Assembly: GCF_002105155.1 (NCBI RefSeq)
Contig: NW_019028994.1
Span: 682,001-746,000, forward strand
From: Lobosporangium transversale
Lineage: Eukaryota
DNA length: 64,000 nucleotides
Direction: 5' to 3'
Shown here: one piece after another, positions 14,770 to 28,195 of the stretch
Numbering within the stretch: position 1 is the first letter of the stretch
Layout: each line of letters begins with the position of its first letter
Made by a program: the position numbers and the translations under genes
Notes under the pieces: model-generated
Databases searched by the model: none
The model's input: only the letters and a program-made list of their open reading frames with translations
Told to the model about the DNA's origin: nothing

Positions 14770-15499
14770 GTTCATAGACCTGTTACAACCATTCCAACTT
14801 TAGCTCACTCATACAATTGATGCTCGGATTGCAATCTTTGCCCGTGTCCAGATTAAGCCAGACTTGGGCCAGAGTCCGAGCACAGGAAATGAAGACTATG
14901 GAGGAGTTAGTCGAGTTTACATTGCCTTTCCACAACTGGAAACACCTACGGGAGGCAATGAAGAATATCGCAGATGAATGGGGCGGTAGTGGTGCTAATG
15001 TCAGTACCAGTGCCAATAGTAGTACCGGTGGTGATGCTGATTCTGGTGCTAGTTCTGGTGCTGGTGTTGGTGTTGATGTTGGCGCTGGTGTTGGACCTTC
15101 TACACCATCCGCAGTCGCCGAAAAGCCGACGATAAGCACGGGTGGGGGAACGTTCTTCAGTCGGAAGCCTTCAAAATCTATGGCCAGTCTAAGTGTCAAG
15201 GTTGGAAGAGGAACCATTCGTTGGCCATCAACAACGCCTCAGCCTTTGGGAACAAACACAGGGACTGTTTCAGTATTATCAAACGCTCAGCGGATGAACC
15301 ATCCATTGGAACAAAAGAGCGTGTCTAGTCCAGTCTCACCTGTAGCATCAGTGAAACAGACAGTGCCGCTGATACCGATTTCTGCAAGCTCAAAAGGTAA
15401 AGAGAAAGAAAGGGATAAGGATATTTCCAGATCAGGACAGCAGGGAGGATGTATCCCATTTCTTGGTATGTATAGTATACATATACATATATATTTGTA

Positions 15500-15530
<31 letters not shown>

Positions 15531-16022
15531 GATCGCGTGTCTGATAATTTGCTCACATTCTTTCCTCTACGCTCACTCTAACTCTGTAATATTTGTTCTT
15601 ATTGAAAAGGTCTCTATCTGTCTGATCTTGTGTTTAATTCTGAGCTACCATCGTTTGTTGAGCCGCCGGCTTCGCCTTCGATGATGAGCTCAGCGAGCGA
15701 AATGCATCCTACCCCTGTCCCTGTCCCTGTTCTTGCCCCTGACCCTGACCCTGCCCCTGTACCGACTCGTGCTCCTACCTCTGCTTGTACCTCTGCTCCA
15801 ACCCCTGGCCCTGTTCCAGTGATGAGGGCTGATAATGGTCGGTTGATCAATATTCACAAACATAGGACGACTGCCACGATCATCAAGCGTATTCTAGGGT
15901 TTAAGATCATGGCAGCACGATATCCATTTGAGCCGGAGGCAGAGATACAATATCTATTACAGACGATTGAAGGTGCGGAGTCAGCAGAACTGCTTCGATT
16001 AAGCAAACTTTGTGAAGAGTGA
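8036..16022 (+). CDS. RasGEF (REM + CDC25-like domain); exons about 8036-8550, 9317-10836, 10946-11371, 11503-13452, 13564-14399, 14555-14644, 14778-15465, 15610-16022
   Basis: REM motif AATVEKLVEKLT..DYTFLTDFFLIYR and LRHWLLNYF; CDC25 motifs IAQQLCLIE, ERFN..CQWV, EKFIRIA, NFSSL..LGLQ, GCIPFLGLYLSDL, LINIHK. Splice phases are consistent; the exon 4 donor and exon 1 are less certain. Confidence 0.88.
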
Positions 16023-16047
16023 TCATAAAAAAAGAAAGAAGAAGAAG

Positions 16048-16079
<32 letters not shown>

Positions 16080-18005
16080 GGGAGAAAGCATCTCCCAGAA
16101 CCCAAGGCAGTGTATACACTATTTGATCACTGATCACTGAGCAAAACTTTATGGTTTCAACGTTATTTTCTTTGATTTAAAGATGGTTTTTTTTTTTTTT
16201 TTTTTTTTTTACAACGCTTGTATATATAAATATATAAAACTACTCCTCCCAGACACTACGATTGTGAGGAGAGGAAAGAGGATGTTTTTGCTTTTTTATT
16301 TTTTAAATGTTTTTTTGTTTGTTTTGTCAGGGCTAGAGTAGATTGTAATAATAGAAATAAATAAATACCGTACAGTACACAGTACAGAAACAAGGACGTG
16401 TAAAGATGTATAAGATGTATGTGATGTATAACAAAGAAAGAGTTGGAAGTAAACTCCATTTAGTGGCGCATGAAAAAAGACTATTTTAAGTGGCACAGGG
16501 GGGCACAGGCAGGAGGAGGAGGGGGCATAGAGAGGGGCCAAGCAAAAGAAAGGGCCAGAACACACTCAAAGTTCAGACAACTTGCAACGCTTGAAACTTT
16601 TTTTTTTTTTTTTTTTTTTTTTGTTTTTAATCAATTGGTGTTGGTGTCGGCAATATCCTAGCTCATCTTTTTTCCCTTTTTCCTTTTTTTTTGTTGACAT
16701 TGACATTGACATTGACATTGTTGATCTTTTTAGACTAAGGGGGTGAAATAGTAGATAATTATTTATACAAACGTTGAATAACAACATGTGTATACAGTTG
16801 ACCGTTTGTTTAGCAGGAATAACAAAAGGATTCGGGGGATACACATTTAAAAAAAAAGGGGGGAGAGAAAGATTATTGTATACTATTTTTTTTTACATTT
16901 TTACGTTTTATTAAATACTAATTATTATTTATTTATTTATTATTACGATGATTATTATTCCTTGATATATATGTATATAAAAAAAAAGAAGCTATTTTAC
17001 ATGATATTACAGCCACATCCAGTGGCCTGGGTCTCAAAAGGATCCTCCTTCTTATCCACTTCACCCCAAACGGTGGGAATGAACATGTCTCTCCTTGCTT
17101 GACAGTATTGAATAAGCCTATGATCAAAGACGTAAAGAGGAAAAAAGAGTGAGAAAGTTTGAGCTTGTTACACGGTCAGGAGTCTGATCAATTTCATTTT
17201 TGCATTTGTTGTCGATGTTTGTGTTTCCTGTATGTTTCTGTATTTGTGTGTACTCCTTTCCTAGTTTCCTGCTTTTTTATTTCGCTTCGTTACGATAAAA
17301 TCTTTTTTTTTTTTTTTTTTTTTTTTTGTTTTTTTGTTTTGTTTTTGTTTTTTTTTTTTTTTTTGTTTGTATTGATTATAACCTTGTGATGAATTGGAGC
17401 TTTGGGTTGCACAAAAACAAAAAACAAGACTAAAAAATTATCCTTTTAATAATAATAAAAAAAAAAAAAAAAAACTTACAGGATGCTTGCCTGGGATACA
17501 GAGATACGTTCACGTTCATATTGCTCACGTAGCTTCTTGTTATGCTCCAGCTGACGCTGGAGCCTCATTTCTGTCGACATTGAGATTAGAAATGTCGTCT
17601 ATTTTATTTTCTTTTTCTTTTTCTTTTTCTTTTTCTTTTTTAAATATGATCTATTAGGAATATAGAATAAAGAGTAGAAAAGGTGATGCTGCTGTGTAAG
17701 TTGGTGAAAGAAAAGGCAAGGTAGAAGAGGAGCAAGGCTCTACTGGTTTTTATTTCTTTTTTTTTATTTTTTTTATTTTTTCCTTTTTTCAAAGCAAAGT
17801 AATTGGAGAAAAGAAAAGAGTGGATCGATCAGATGTGTTGTTGTTGATAAAGTGAAATTGATTTTTATCGGGAGGGGGGGATGTGGAGAAGGAATTGAAT
17901 TGAATTAAAGTGAAACGAATTGAATGTGGAGAGAGAGGAGAACGTGACAACTAGCAAATTACAACTTACAAGAGAGATAATGAAATGTAATGTTAGGGGG
18001 AAATA

Positions 18006-18008
<3 letters not shown>

Positions 18009-18065
<57 letters not shown>
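18009..18065. repeat. (GA)n microsatellite
   Basis: Directly visible dinucleotide run. Confidence 0.95.
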
Positions 18066-18068
<3 letters not shown>

Positions 18069-19579
18069 TGAATGTGGAGATGAATATTAAAAGTGGATAC
18101 AAAGAAACTGAGTGAGCGAGAGGAATTGTCGTAATGTGGTCAATGGATATGTGCCGCAAGAGCTTGGTTCTTTTTTTTTTTTTTTTTTTTTAACAGAAAA
18201 AGAAAAGTGTGGGGAAGAGGTGTGATGCAAAGTGCGAATAAAAAAAAGAATGAATAATAAAGTGGAATAAACAGAATGAAGAGATCAATGAGCTGAATGA
18301 ATGAATGAATGAATAAATAAATAAATGAATAAATAAATGAACGAATGAATGAATGAACGGATGAATCAAAGTATCTTTTAAAGGAAAGAAAAAGAAGTAA
18401 GAGAGAAAGAAAAGGAAGTAAGAGAGGAAGAAAAGGAGGAAAGAAAGAAAAAAAGAGAGAAAGAGAAAGAGAAAGTAAATTAGGGGTGGAGATGTATGCC
18501 GACATCCGACATGGGATGATGTATGGGGTCCGGTACACACAGGACAGGTAAGAGAACCAATCCTTTACAGAATAAAATAAATAGAAATAATTCATTCATG
18601 CAACCCAAAAAACCCGCCCTAGTTTATCCTAACAATTCTTTTCAGGCATCGGGCTCTGTTCAGTCTAAAAACTACGATCATTGGCAAAAATGTTGGTTGA
18701 TGGTTGTTTGTGCATGTGTATCACTTCTGTTAGGGGGCTGTTTAGAAACATCGTTGTCGTTCGTGGATGGCGGATCATTTATTTTTCTAATGCTCACTCC
18801 TTTTTGAAAAAAGTATAGCATTGACATTGGTGATGTGATGTTGTGTTGTACATGTTATGTTGTGTGGCGTAGACACAATTGCAAGTTCATCAATGTCCAT
18901 TGCAGCGCAGGTTGGAAAAGATTATCACTCTTGCTCACAACTCTTTTTTTTTTTTTTTTTTTTTTTTTCTTTTAATGAGAGCAAGCAATTAGAGCCAAAA
19001 CCCGTAGGAGTGGTTGGTTGATGAGGAATATCTATCCTTTATCTGGTAGAGTGGGATTAGAAAGCAAGAGAGAGAAAGTGTCGTGTGCTTTTATCTACGC
19101 TTTGTCTCCTCCCATCTTCTATATTTATCTGTAAAACACGCGTCTTTCTTGGAGTTGTATCCATTCACACAATACATACGTCAAACACCCTCCCGCAGCG
19201 TATCTTTCTTTGCTACTGAAACACAAAAGACGGAATATATTTATATATTTTAATCATAATCTGATGGTTTCGCAATGTTCATATGCTCGTGCATGCGTTA
19301 TTCTCATAGTGTAAAGTAAAGATGAGACTGCAATTTGGGTTGTCACATTCCGGGACAGCTCAGTCACGGGGGAAAAGGGTCAAGTTATCAAGTTGCAGTC
19401 CCTCCAAGTTATCAAGTTGCAAGTTGCTCCCCTTCAATGTCCTTCCTCTTTACTTTCTTTTTGTAACCCATAGAATAAAAAACCCTTGAAAGGGTAATAA
19501 GTTTAACTTTTTCATTTCTCATTTCTTTATTTCTTTTTCTTTTCTTTATTTCCTTCTTTCTTCCTCCAAATACAAAGCC

Positions 19580-19796
19580 ATGTCGACGGTCCCAACCGTC
19601 CAACGCTCGCCTCAAAAGAGTCGGTCTGACCAAGCTTTTACCCAGAACACGCGCCAGAACCTGTCCTCTACATCTCCAACAAATGCGTCCCAAGGTATTA
19701 AACAATACAACCTTTTTTTCTTTATTTATTTTACAGCAATTATAATTTTTGCTCAGTTTAAACATGTTGCAAACTACGTAGGCGTGTGAATAACGG

Positions 19797-19830
<34 letters not shown>

Positions 19831-19856
19831 TGTCTATGCAAAAGGAACGAGGAATG

Positions 19857-19890
<34 letters not shown>

Positions 19891-22800
19891 TTGCCAGGTC
19901 TGATGTAATTTAGCAAATGAATAGTTGCTGATCGTTGTTTTTTTTTTTTTTTATACCATATGATGCCGATGTTAATGTAGATGATCCCATGAAGATGTTC
20001 AAAATCCTCGAAGCATTGCAGAAAGGTATATTCTCTTTTTTTTATTTTTTTTTTATTCATTACATTCGCTTGCTTACCCTCTGCCCCATTCTTTTTCTTT
20101 TCTTTAGGCGACTTGAATTCACTCTCTGTGCTCTTACCCACCTACAAGACTGGACCGACCTTTCACAACCCCAGCGCCTCAATCTCCAGCACTCATTCAT
20201 TCGAGAGTGCATCTCAAGGAAGTCAGACCACACCTGTTCACCTTGCAGTTCAATGTGCACAATACCCAGTCGTAGAATATGTCGTCAACACTACACCTCA
20301 AATAGATCTTAATGCTAGAGATAGTCATGGCTCAACCGCCCTTCATATCGCATCCAGTATGGGCCGTCTTGATGTAGTCAAACTATTGCTTTCGAAGGCT
20401 GAGGTGAACGACGGTATCTTGGACTATAAGGGCAAGAGTGCTCTCGATGTAGCCTCCATAGTTGAAGTGCGCGTTGTCCTCAAAGGTATAAACAACTTGA
20501 ACATTGACATTGACATTAACATTATAACATTATTACAAGGCACCATGAAACTGCTTTCTTTCTTTCTTTCTTTCCTCCCCTTTTCCAACTCCTGACGAGT
20601 ACAAGATACTAAATGACTATGCGTCTCTGATATTAAAAAAAAAAAAAAAAAAAAAATAAATCCTATTTTAGCCCATCGAACTGAATACCTTTCAAAGACG
20701 ACAGCACTCATGCACCAATATGCAGAAGCAGGAGATTTGACTAGTTTGAAAGGGCTTTTTGATCATCCTCGTGCTGCGTTTGTACTCAACATCAGTCACC
20801 AAGACACCGAGACAGGATCAACCATATTACATTCTGCCAGTCGGCGAAAGGATATGGCTATGGTGCAATGGTGTCTGGATCAAGGGATTGATACACTTCT
20901 TCGAGACAAGAAAGGAAAAACTGCTGCCGATGTTACCAAGGATACAAAAATTAAGAATCTATTACGAGATTCTCGTTCCCAAGGTAATAATATAATAAGA
21001 AAAATAGAATGACATAACTATTTTACTTTTATTTTGATTGATTGATGTAATGCATTTCTTTGAAATGAAGCGTAAAATTAAAAAAGCTAATTATCATTAT
21101 TATTAATTTTTTATTTTATTTTATTTTATTTTATTTTATTTCATTTCATTTTTATTTTATTTTATTTTTTTTTTATATAAATAGCATCCACTGCACCTAT
21201 AGTTCCAACCACACCTGGGCAACCACCTAAACTTGAGGGAACACTCTTCAAATGGACCAACTACGCTTCAGGATATAAAGCGAGGTGGTTCGTACTTGAG
21301 GATGGTATCCTATCATATTTTCACAACCAGGAAGACGCTGGAAATGCATGTAGAGGAAGTATCAACTTGAGAATCGCCAAGGTCGATATCGATTCGAATG
21401 ACAAGCAGCGATTTGACATCGTTGGCAAAGGCTCCGTTCGATATCATCTCAAAGCAGGTCACGCTCAAGAGGCTCAGCGTTGGATCCTTGCACTGAACCA
21501 ATCAAAACAGTGGATAGAAGAGACCTCGGGAACCAATGATCGCATGTCATTCATGGAACCTCGCCAGAGCTTGAGCCTTTCAGGTACCGATCTTTCTCGA
21601 CAAAGAGACTCGATGTTGGCTCGTGGACGAACCGTTGTTCGGGAAGGGAAATCTTTGGCTCGTTCACAACGATCCCGCTCTTCTTCTGCCAGCCCAGATG
21701 AGGCTGCTGTCGAGGACAGTGTTGTTCCACATGCAGAATCGTTTATCACAACAAATAACTATGTACAGTCTCAGATCCAGATTCACACCGAGTTTGCAGA
21801 GAACCTGATCCGACTCCAGAGAGCTGCAGAAGTCCCAGAGGACTCTGAAATCATGAAGCTGACCTTGGCCACCCATGAATCATCACTTGCCATCAAGAAC
21901 TCGCTTCAAAAACTCCAGGCCATGACCAAGGATCGTGAGGATTATTGGAAGCGAATTCTACAACAAGAGTCACAAAAACGTGAGCTTTGGGAAGAAAATT
22001 TAAGGATTCTCTCTGAGGAGCAACTGCAGATGCAGGATCTCTTGAAACGCACAGAAGAATCTAAGCGAAAGTTGAAGAAGGGTCGACCAGCTCGTTCCAA
22101 GGCCAGCACGCCCACCTTGACCACCACTGCCGTAATGGCAACTTCCGAAAATCCAACAGAAGGAGCCACGGCCCATCCAGCATTAGATATGTCCAAGGTT
22201 GGGGCTGAAAAAGAGGCTAAGGATGACATTGACTCTGATGAGTCTAGTGAGTCTGATGCAGAGTCTGGAGATGAGTTTTTCGATGCTGTGGACGACGATG
22301 ACATTGTGGAGCTTGAAGATGATGAAGTGCAGAATGAAAAAGAGACGGAGGGGCATCAGGAAATAGAGAAGAAGGAAGAAGTTGGGCAGAAAGAAGGTGC
22401 TGTAGCGGCAGGAACAGGAGAAACTGATCATGAAGCCACCTCTACCAAGCCGGGAGAGCCCTACGTTGCGCCTTCCTTCAAGGGATATCCAGCAAAGGTC
22501 CGCGATCGCCTTCCTACAAAGCAAACGTCGCTGCGTCCGGATGTGTCCCTTTGGGCCATTTTAAAGAACTCGATTGGAAAAGATCTCTCCAAAATCACGC
22601 TGCCAGTCTACTTTAATGAGCCAACATCCATGTTACAGCGCATGGCCGAAGACGCCGAGTATATTGAGCTTCTTGACAAGGCTGTACGACACCGTGGGGC
22701 GACGGAGCGTATTCTATTTATTGCAGCATTCGCTATGAGCAACTACTCCAGTACGATCGGCAGAGTTGCCAAACCATTCAACCCTCTTTTAGGCGAGACG

Positions 22801-24059
22801 TACGAGTATTGTCGTGAGGACAAGCAATTTCGCTACATTTCCGAGCAGGTGTCACACCATCCAGTATGTCTCATTGCACTCATTTCTCTTTCTTTCTTTT
22901 TCTTTTTCTTTTTTTATTTTTTATTTTTTTTATTTTTTTATTTTTATTATTGTTTTCTAACCATTAACCTTATTTGCTTCGATTGGAATCTTGAATGTAG
23001 CCTATCAGCGCATGCTACTGCGAGTCACCTAATTATAACTTTTACGCCGAGGTTGATGTAAAGTCGAAGTTCTGGGGCAAGTCCTTTGAAGTGCTCCCCA
23101 AGGGAACTTCGAACGTTGAGCTCAAAGTCCCTAAAGCCTTTGCGGAGGGATCAGAAGAACTTTTGACTGATCCGAATGACGAAAACAAGTTTATTGAACG
23201 TTATTCCTGGAGGAAGGTGACAACCTGTGTGCAAAATTTGATTGTGGGTACACCTTGGATTGATAACTATGGTGATATGATTATTACAAACCATCGTACA
23301 GGAGAGAAATGTCAGCTGACGTTCAAGCCTCGTGGTTGGAGAGGCAAAGATGCTTACGAGATCAGAGGATTCGCTTTGGATGCCAAGGGTAACGAGGTCT
23401 GGGAAGTAGCAGGTCGATGGAACGAACGTCTGGTGGCACGTCGCGCTGGCAAGGGCAATGGCGAAGACTTGGGGAGCGATGCTGTCGCTGCTGGCGCTGT
23501 CCATGTGGCAGAGGATGACCATGGTGAATTAGCTCAATCAGGAGCATCCCATCACGCAAAAGCAAGATCAGGAGGCGGATCAACCTATGCTGCTTCGCTT
23601 TCACCCAAGCAGGTGCTCTTGTTGTGGAAGCGTGACCCTGTTCCTTCTACCCCAACACCATTCAACCTTACACCTTTTGCTATGACCCTGAATGACTGTC
23701 CGGACTCACTCAAGAAACATCTCTGTCCCACAGATTCACGTTTGAGACCCGATCAACGAGCGATGGAGAATGGAGAGTTTGATCTAGCAAATACAGAAAA
23801 GCAGCGTTTGGAAGAAAAGCAACGTGCCAAGCGCAGGATGCTTCCTCCTGGGAAAGAGCATCAACCCCGTTGGTTCAAGCGTAATGGCCAGGATGATGGA
23901 TGGGAATTTATTGGACGTGATCTCCCTGGAGAACCCAAGGGCAGTGGCAACCTCAGGGATGGACGTGCTGGCTATTGGGAGGAGCGTGAGAGATGCGCAC
24001 CGACGAAGGATCGCCCCGAGCAGCTCAAGTGGGATATAGAAGATGACGATATTTTTTAA
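19580..24059 (+). CDS. oxysterol-binding protein with ankyrin repeats, PH domain, FFAT motif and OSBP domain (Osh1/Osh2-like); exons 19580-19694, 19981-20025, 20108-20485, 20672-20983, 21185-22863, 23001-24059
   Basis: Ankyrin [91 protein letters not shown]. Confidence 0.95.
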
Positions 24060-24999
24060 ATAATTAGTCCATGTAATAGAATGATTACCATTGGCATGTA
24101 GTTAATAAAACCTTCTTCCCTTACTCTTTAAAAATAGCGACAAGTGCTGTATTAAAAGCTAAAAGATTACAATCAAAAGCGCCACATCTGCATGATAATT
24201 ATGCGAATCCTAAACCAAATAGAAATATTGGTTACAGAATATCTACTTCCTATATTATAAATGACCTATTATACACGGTTTTGCTTGATTCTGGTTCCAA
24301 CATATCCTTCAGCAATCGAGAGATCGCTAAAGACCTCAGAATAAGGACTACAACCTCGAAAAACACTGTAATTAAATTTGCAGATGACACTACTGGTTTT
24401 CAAAATGTTGGTATAGTAGATGCTATTACTCTATCATGTAATAACCGCACAGTTGAATGCAGAGTCAGCGTGACGCCTATGGGATATTACGACTTCCTTA
24501 TCGGAATGGATCTATTTTACCGCTTCGGCTTTGGGATCCATGGCGTAGCCACAGCTGTTGCTGAAAAAGTAAAAGACTTCTTAGCTGAAGAAAGTAAACC
24601 GCCACTTGTGCCTTCTACTATGGAAGACCAAGAGTTAGAAACTGAATTCATCAAACAGAAGCAGTTCTTATTAGCCATTGAGTCCTTCCGTTGCTCCAAT
24701 AGCCAGATTGGCCCTAAGAGTCACTGCCCATTAGACATTATGCAAGTCCATCTAAAAGTCAGAGATGACTGCGTGATTCAAAGAACGCTCTCTGAGTTCT
24801 ATGCGCAAGTAGAAATAGACGAAGTCAACACCACCGTGCTACGTACCGAGGCTTGGGAGTACACCTCAGGGGCACGTCCATTTTTATTCATAAGGTCAGA
24901 ACATTGTGTGACGGTCATGGCGAGCCCTTAATAAAAGGCTCCTGCCTGTAGTGATCTAAGCTGGAAGCGAAGCAGCAGCGATTTTTGAGAACAAGCACG

Positions 25000-25104
25000 T
25001 GCTGGTTAATTTTTTCAGCATGCTGGTTCAATTTTTCAGCATGCTGGTTCGTTTTTCCAGCATGCTGGTTTATTTTTCCAGCATGCTGGTTCGATATTTC
25101 AGCA
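25000..25104. repeat. five 21-bp tandem units inside the left TIR (mirrored at about 28571-28675)
   Basis: TGCTGGTT(N)TTTT(T/C)CAGCA-like units; the junctions form the palindrome CAGCATGCTG. Confidence 0.9.
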
Positions 25105-25307
25105 TACTTGTTAAAATTTATTAAAATTTTTAACTTGCATAACCAAGTGCTCCTCCATGCACTGCTACCTCAGAATCTCGAGCATCAATAAAAGCTTGAT
25201 TACTCACAGCTACAGAATGGATAATCCTCATTCAAACATTTGTCAGTTTTGTATATGCACATGCCTAAAAAAAGATGTCAGCCATAGTTTGGCATCTGTT
25301 TTAGAAA

Positions 25308-28195
25308 TTAAGCGTTGCCATAGAAGTCCTTTATTTTAATAAAAAAGTTAGCTGCTACTGCTAGTAATTTTTTCAGGGCAGAGACAAAGCTGTGATAAAA
25401 TATGATGCTACGGAAGTTTTGATTGGTCATTCGGTTTCTGCGTGCAGACAGGATCCATCCGGCTCTGCTGAATAACCTTTCAGAATCATTGGAAGTAGCC
25501 TGGACAGAAAGGTATGCTCGTGCAAATGGAGCAATATAATCCATTCCTCTTAATCCCTTGTCCTTTTGCTCCTTCCAGTAAAGCTCAGGAGTAAGAGCAA
25601 AACGCGCGATGTCCATCATCGGCGTTCTTGAAATAGACGCATCATAATATACCATATCGACACTAACTATCGAATGGTAATATTCTTGTTCCAAAAGAGG
25701 AAGTTGATCCCAACATGCTCCATCTTGGGTGGCGGCAAACTTTTTTGCTGCATCTCTGGTCACCTCTAGAGCTTTCTTCCTGAGAGAGTCACCATTGGTT
25801 GTCATTATGTCTTTAATGATACTCAAGGTCACCGGGTTCAGGAATAGCGATATGAGCATAACATCGGGAATGTCATCCACGGCCCACATCGTATTGATAA
25901 GCCTGTTAAGGTTTCTCCAGAGCTCCTGTGCCGTCTCGGTGTCGTATGTGCGAGAGTCCGGTAGCAACTCTTTCAACTTCACATACATTTGTGACAGTTT
26001 TGGATGGTCGGTACTGCCCACCCATTCAGTGAATTTGACTGCATCTGTCATCATATGAATGATTTCACGGAGAGCTTTGACCTCATCACGATCGAGTAGG
26101 TTTGGCTCTAATTCCTTTGCTTTCAACCTTATCTCCCTTTTTTCGGAGGATTCCATGCGATGGTAGGTGCGAGAAATTGCTTGAGAGTAAAGTAGCACTC
26201 TATTTGCCATCTTGTACTGGGAGTTCCATCTTGTAATGTTCCTCGACAGCAACTTGGCACCCTTGCCTTCCTGTTCTTCCACTAAGATAGACATCGCCGC
26301 GGCATTGCCTCTGAAAAAAACTGAAATATCTTGGCACTTGTCCAATAATTTCTTAGCGGGTTCGCATAGCTCCAAAGACTTATTGATGCAAAGCTGGATC
26401 TTATGTGAGGCGCATGCCAACCAGTGCGCCCCCTTGTGATCTTCTTGGTAGAGAGCTATCGCTTTTTTTATATTAGCACCTTGGTCTGTTGTTGCGCAAA
26501 TGAGTCTTTCGCTCATATCCATGCTATCAATAGCCTCAGCTGGTAAATGAATCAAAAGACCACAAAAAAAAAAAAAAAAAAAAACGTTAAGAACGTTAAG
26601 AACGTTGCAATACTTATGAAAATATAAAGATAAGGGGCAGATGTATCAGCATTTTACTTACCAAACTTCCGGTGAATATTTTGGGATGTTTGCACCCCAT
26701 AGACTTGTTCCATCCCTATTGCAATAGATACTGGCTCGAAATTTGGCGTGAAAAAATGCATTGTAGTCCCCAAGAACTTCCTGTGATCGACGCTTGTCCA
26801 GCAATCTGTCGTGACGGCAGCGTAAAGCTTATAATAGGTAATGTACTCTTTGATTTCGCGTCTCATCTCTCGAACTCGTCGATCCATCCTGTCTTGCATA
26901 GCCATTGTGGTAGGGATATTGAAATAAGGATTGGTCATTTCAATGATTGATCTGAAGATCGTCGAATTAACTGCAGTAAAAGCGTATCCTCGAATGCTTC
27001 TTGTTCATGAGGGAGCGGCTTCTTGAGGCTCTCATTAACAATCTCATCTCGTGCGATGTCGAATTTTGCCTTTCTTGGTGGAGCCACGTCAACTTCTTCC
27101 GGATCAGGTGGCAGCATGATACCTTTAACCCTGCTCTGACAATTGCGAAATTCTTGGAGGGCACTATATAAATCGCCATGGCACTGAGTTAAGTGAACAG
27201 ATCTTGAATATCCACTCCCAGTTTTCTTGTATGTAGTACCACAGATTACTCCATCTTTCAGGACCAGACACTGGAATTCTTCCTTGCTTGATTTGAAAAA
27301 ATGACCAATCACGCTGTTTTTGCGAAAGGATTTTTGATTTGGAATCAGGGCTAATGCTTTTTGAGAGGGAGGGGCGTCAGAGAATTGTTCTGGCGTAGGA
27401 ATGGTACCAAAATCCAGTAACTCGTACAAATCATACCATCCGTTTGATGCAAAATGACTATCCCTCAGCTCTCTCCGCCGGTTGGCCAATGCTTCAGCAT
27501 CAATGGCACGTGTAAAGTCAAAAGAGGGAAGATTAATAGATCTTGAACGCGTAAATATTGCGCTGTTGCGTGGAGCTCAATGTAGAAATCGAGGAGACTG
27601 AAGATGGGCCTGGTTTTGACTCCCGATATTGGGAGAAGCTGTTGGATGAACGGAGAGATGACAGTGGGGCTTGCTGTGCAGCAAGTAGCGTATGATTATA
27701 ACGTGATGTAGGCAAAGCTGTTGATGATTGAGAACGTCCAAACGTCCTTGGTCTGGCATGATGAACCGATTGCGCAAATCCACCGGGAGGAGAAGAAGTT
27801 TTGATGAACCTCCTCTTTTCGCGACCAATGCTTACCATGGGTCTCATCGTCTGGGATGAAGACGAGATTGGGTTCGCACCAAGATAGGAGTCTAGTACCT
27901 CAAGCTCATCACACGGCATATCTTGCGTCTCGAACGATTCGCCATTGTAGGCTGCATCACTAGTTTGGGGAGAATCGATTCTATTTGCTGGAAGACTTTT
28001 CTGGAGTTGCATTCTTCGTTCGATTTGATTTCGGCGAGGTATAAGGGTCTCTTCCTCGTCACTGGTGTGCTCCTCCTGATACTCATTCCCCTCCTCGTGT
28101 CCATCCTCATACTCATCCTCATCTTCATCCTCATCCTCATACCCCTGTTCTCCATTCTCATCCTGGTGAAGAGGATCATGTGTATGATTTGCCAT
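25308..28195 (-). pseudogene. hAT transposase (BED zinc finger, DDE core, dimerisation domain), frameshifted; intron 26661-26540
   Basis: BED-like QCLV..ICG..HLTQCH; TTDCWTS, TTDQGAN, CASHKIQL, TRWNS, ATSNDSERLFS..RRNRM. Frame changes near 27570 and 26965. Confidence 0.9.

Noticed and set aside
16100..19500. Many short Phe/Lys/Leu-rich ORFs (also 5000-8000 and 48000-51700)
   Set aside because: Products of homopolymers and microsatellites in intergenic DNA.
24922..24941. GCCTTTTA motif resembling U5 snRNA loop 1 on the minus strand
   Set aside because: It lies in a stem rather than a loop, and the rest of the U5 structure is absent.
25000..25104. CRISPR-like regularly spaced palindromic repeats
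   Set aside because: Contiguous 21-bp units without unique spacers, mirrored in both TIRs of a transposon; no cas genes.
24985..25191. Twin ORFs MRTSTCWLIFSACWF... (also 28484-28690)
   Set aside because: They are translations of the TIR tandem repeats, not genes.
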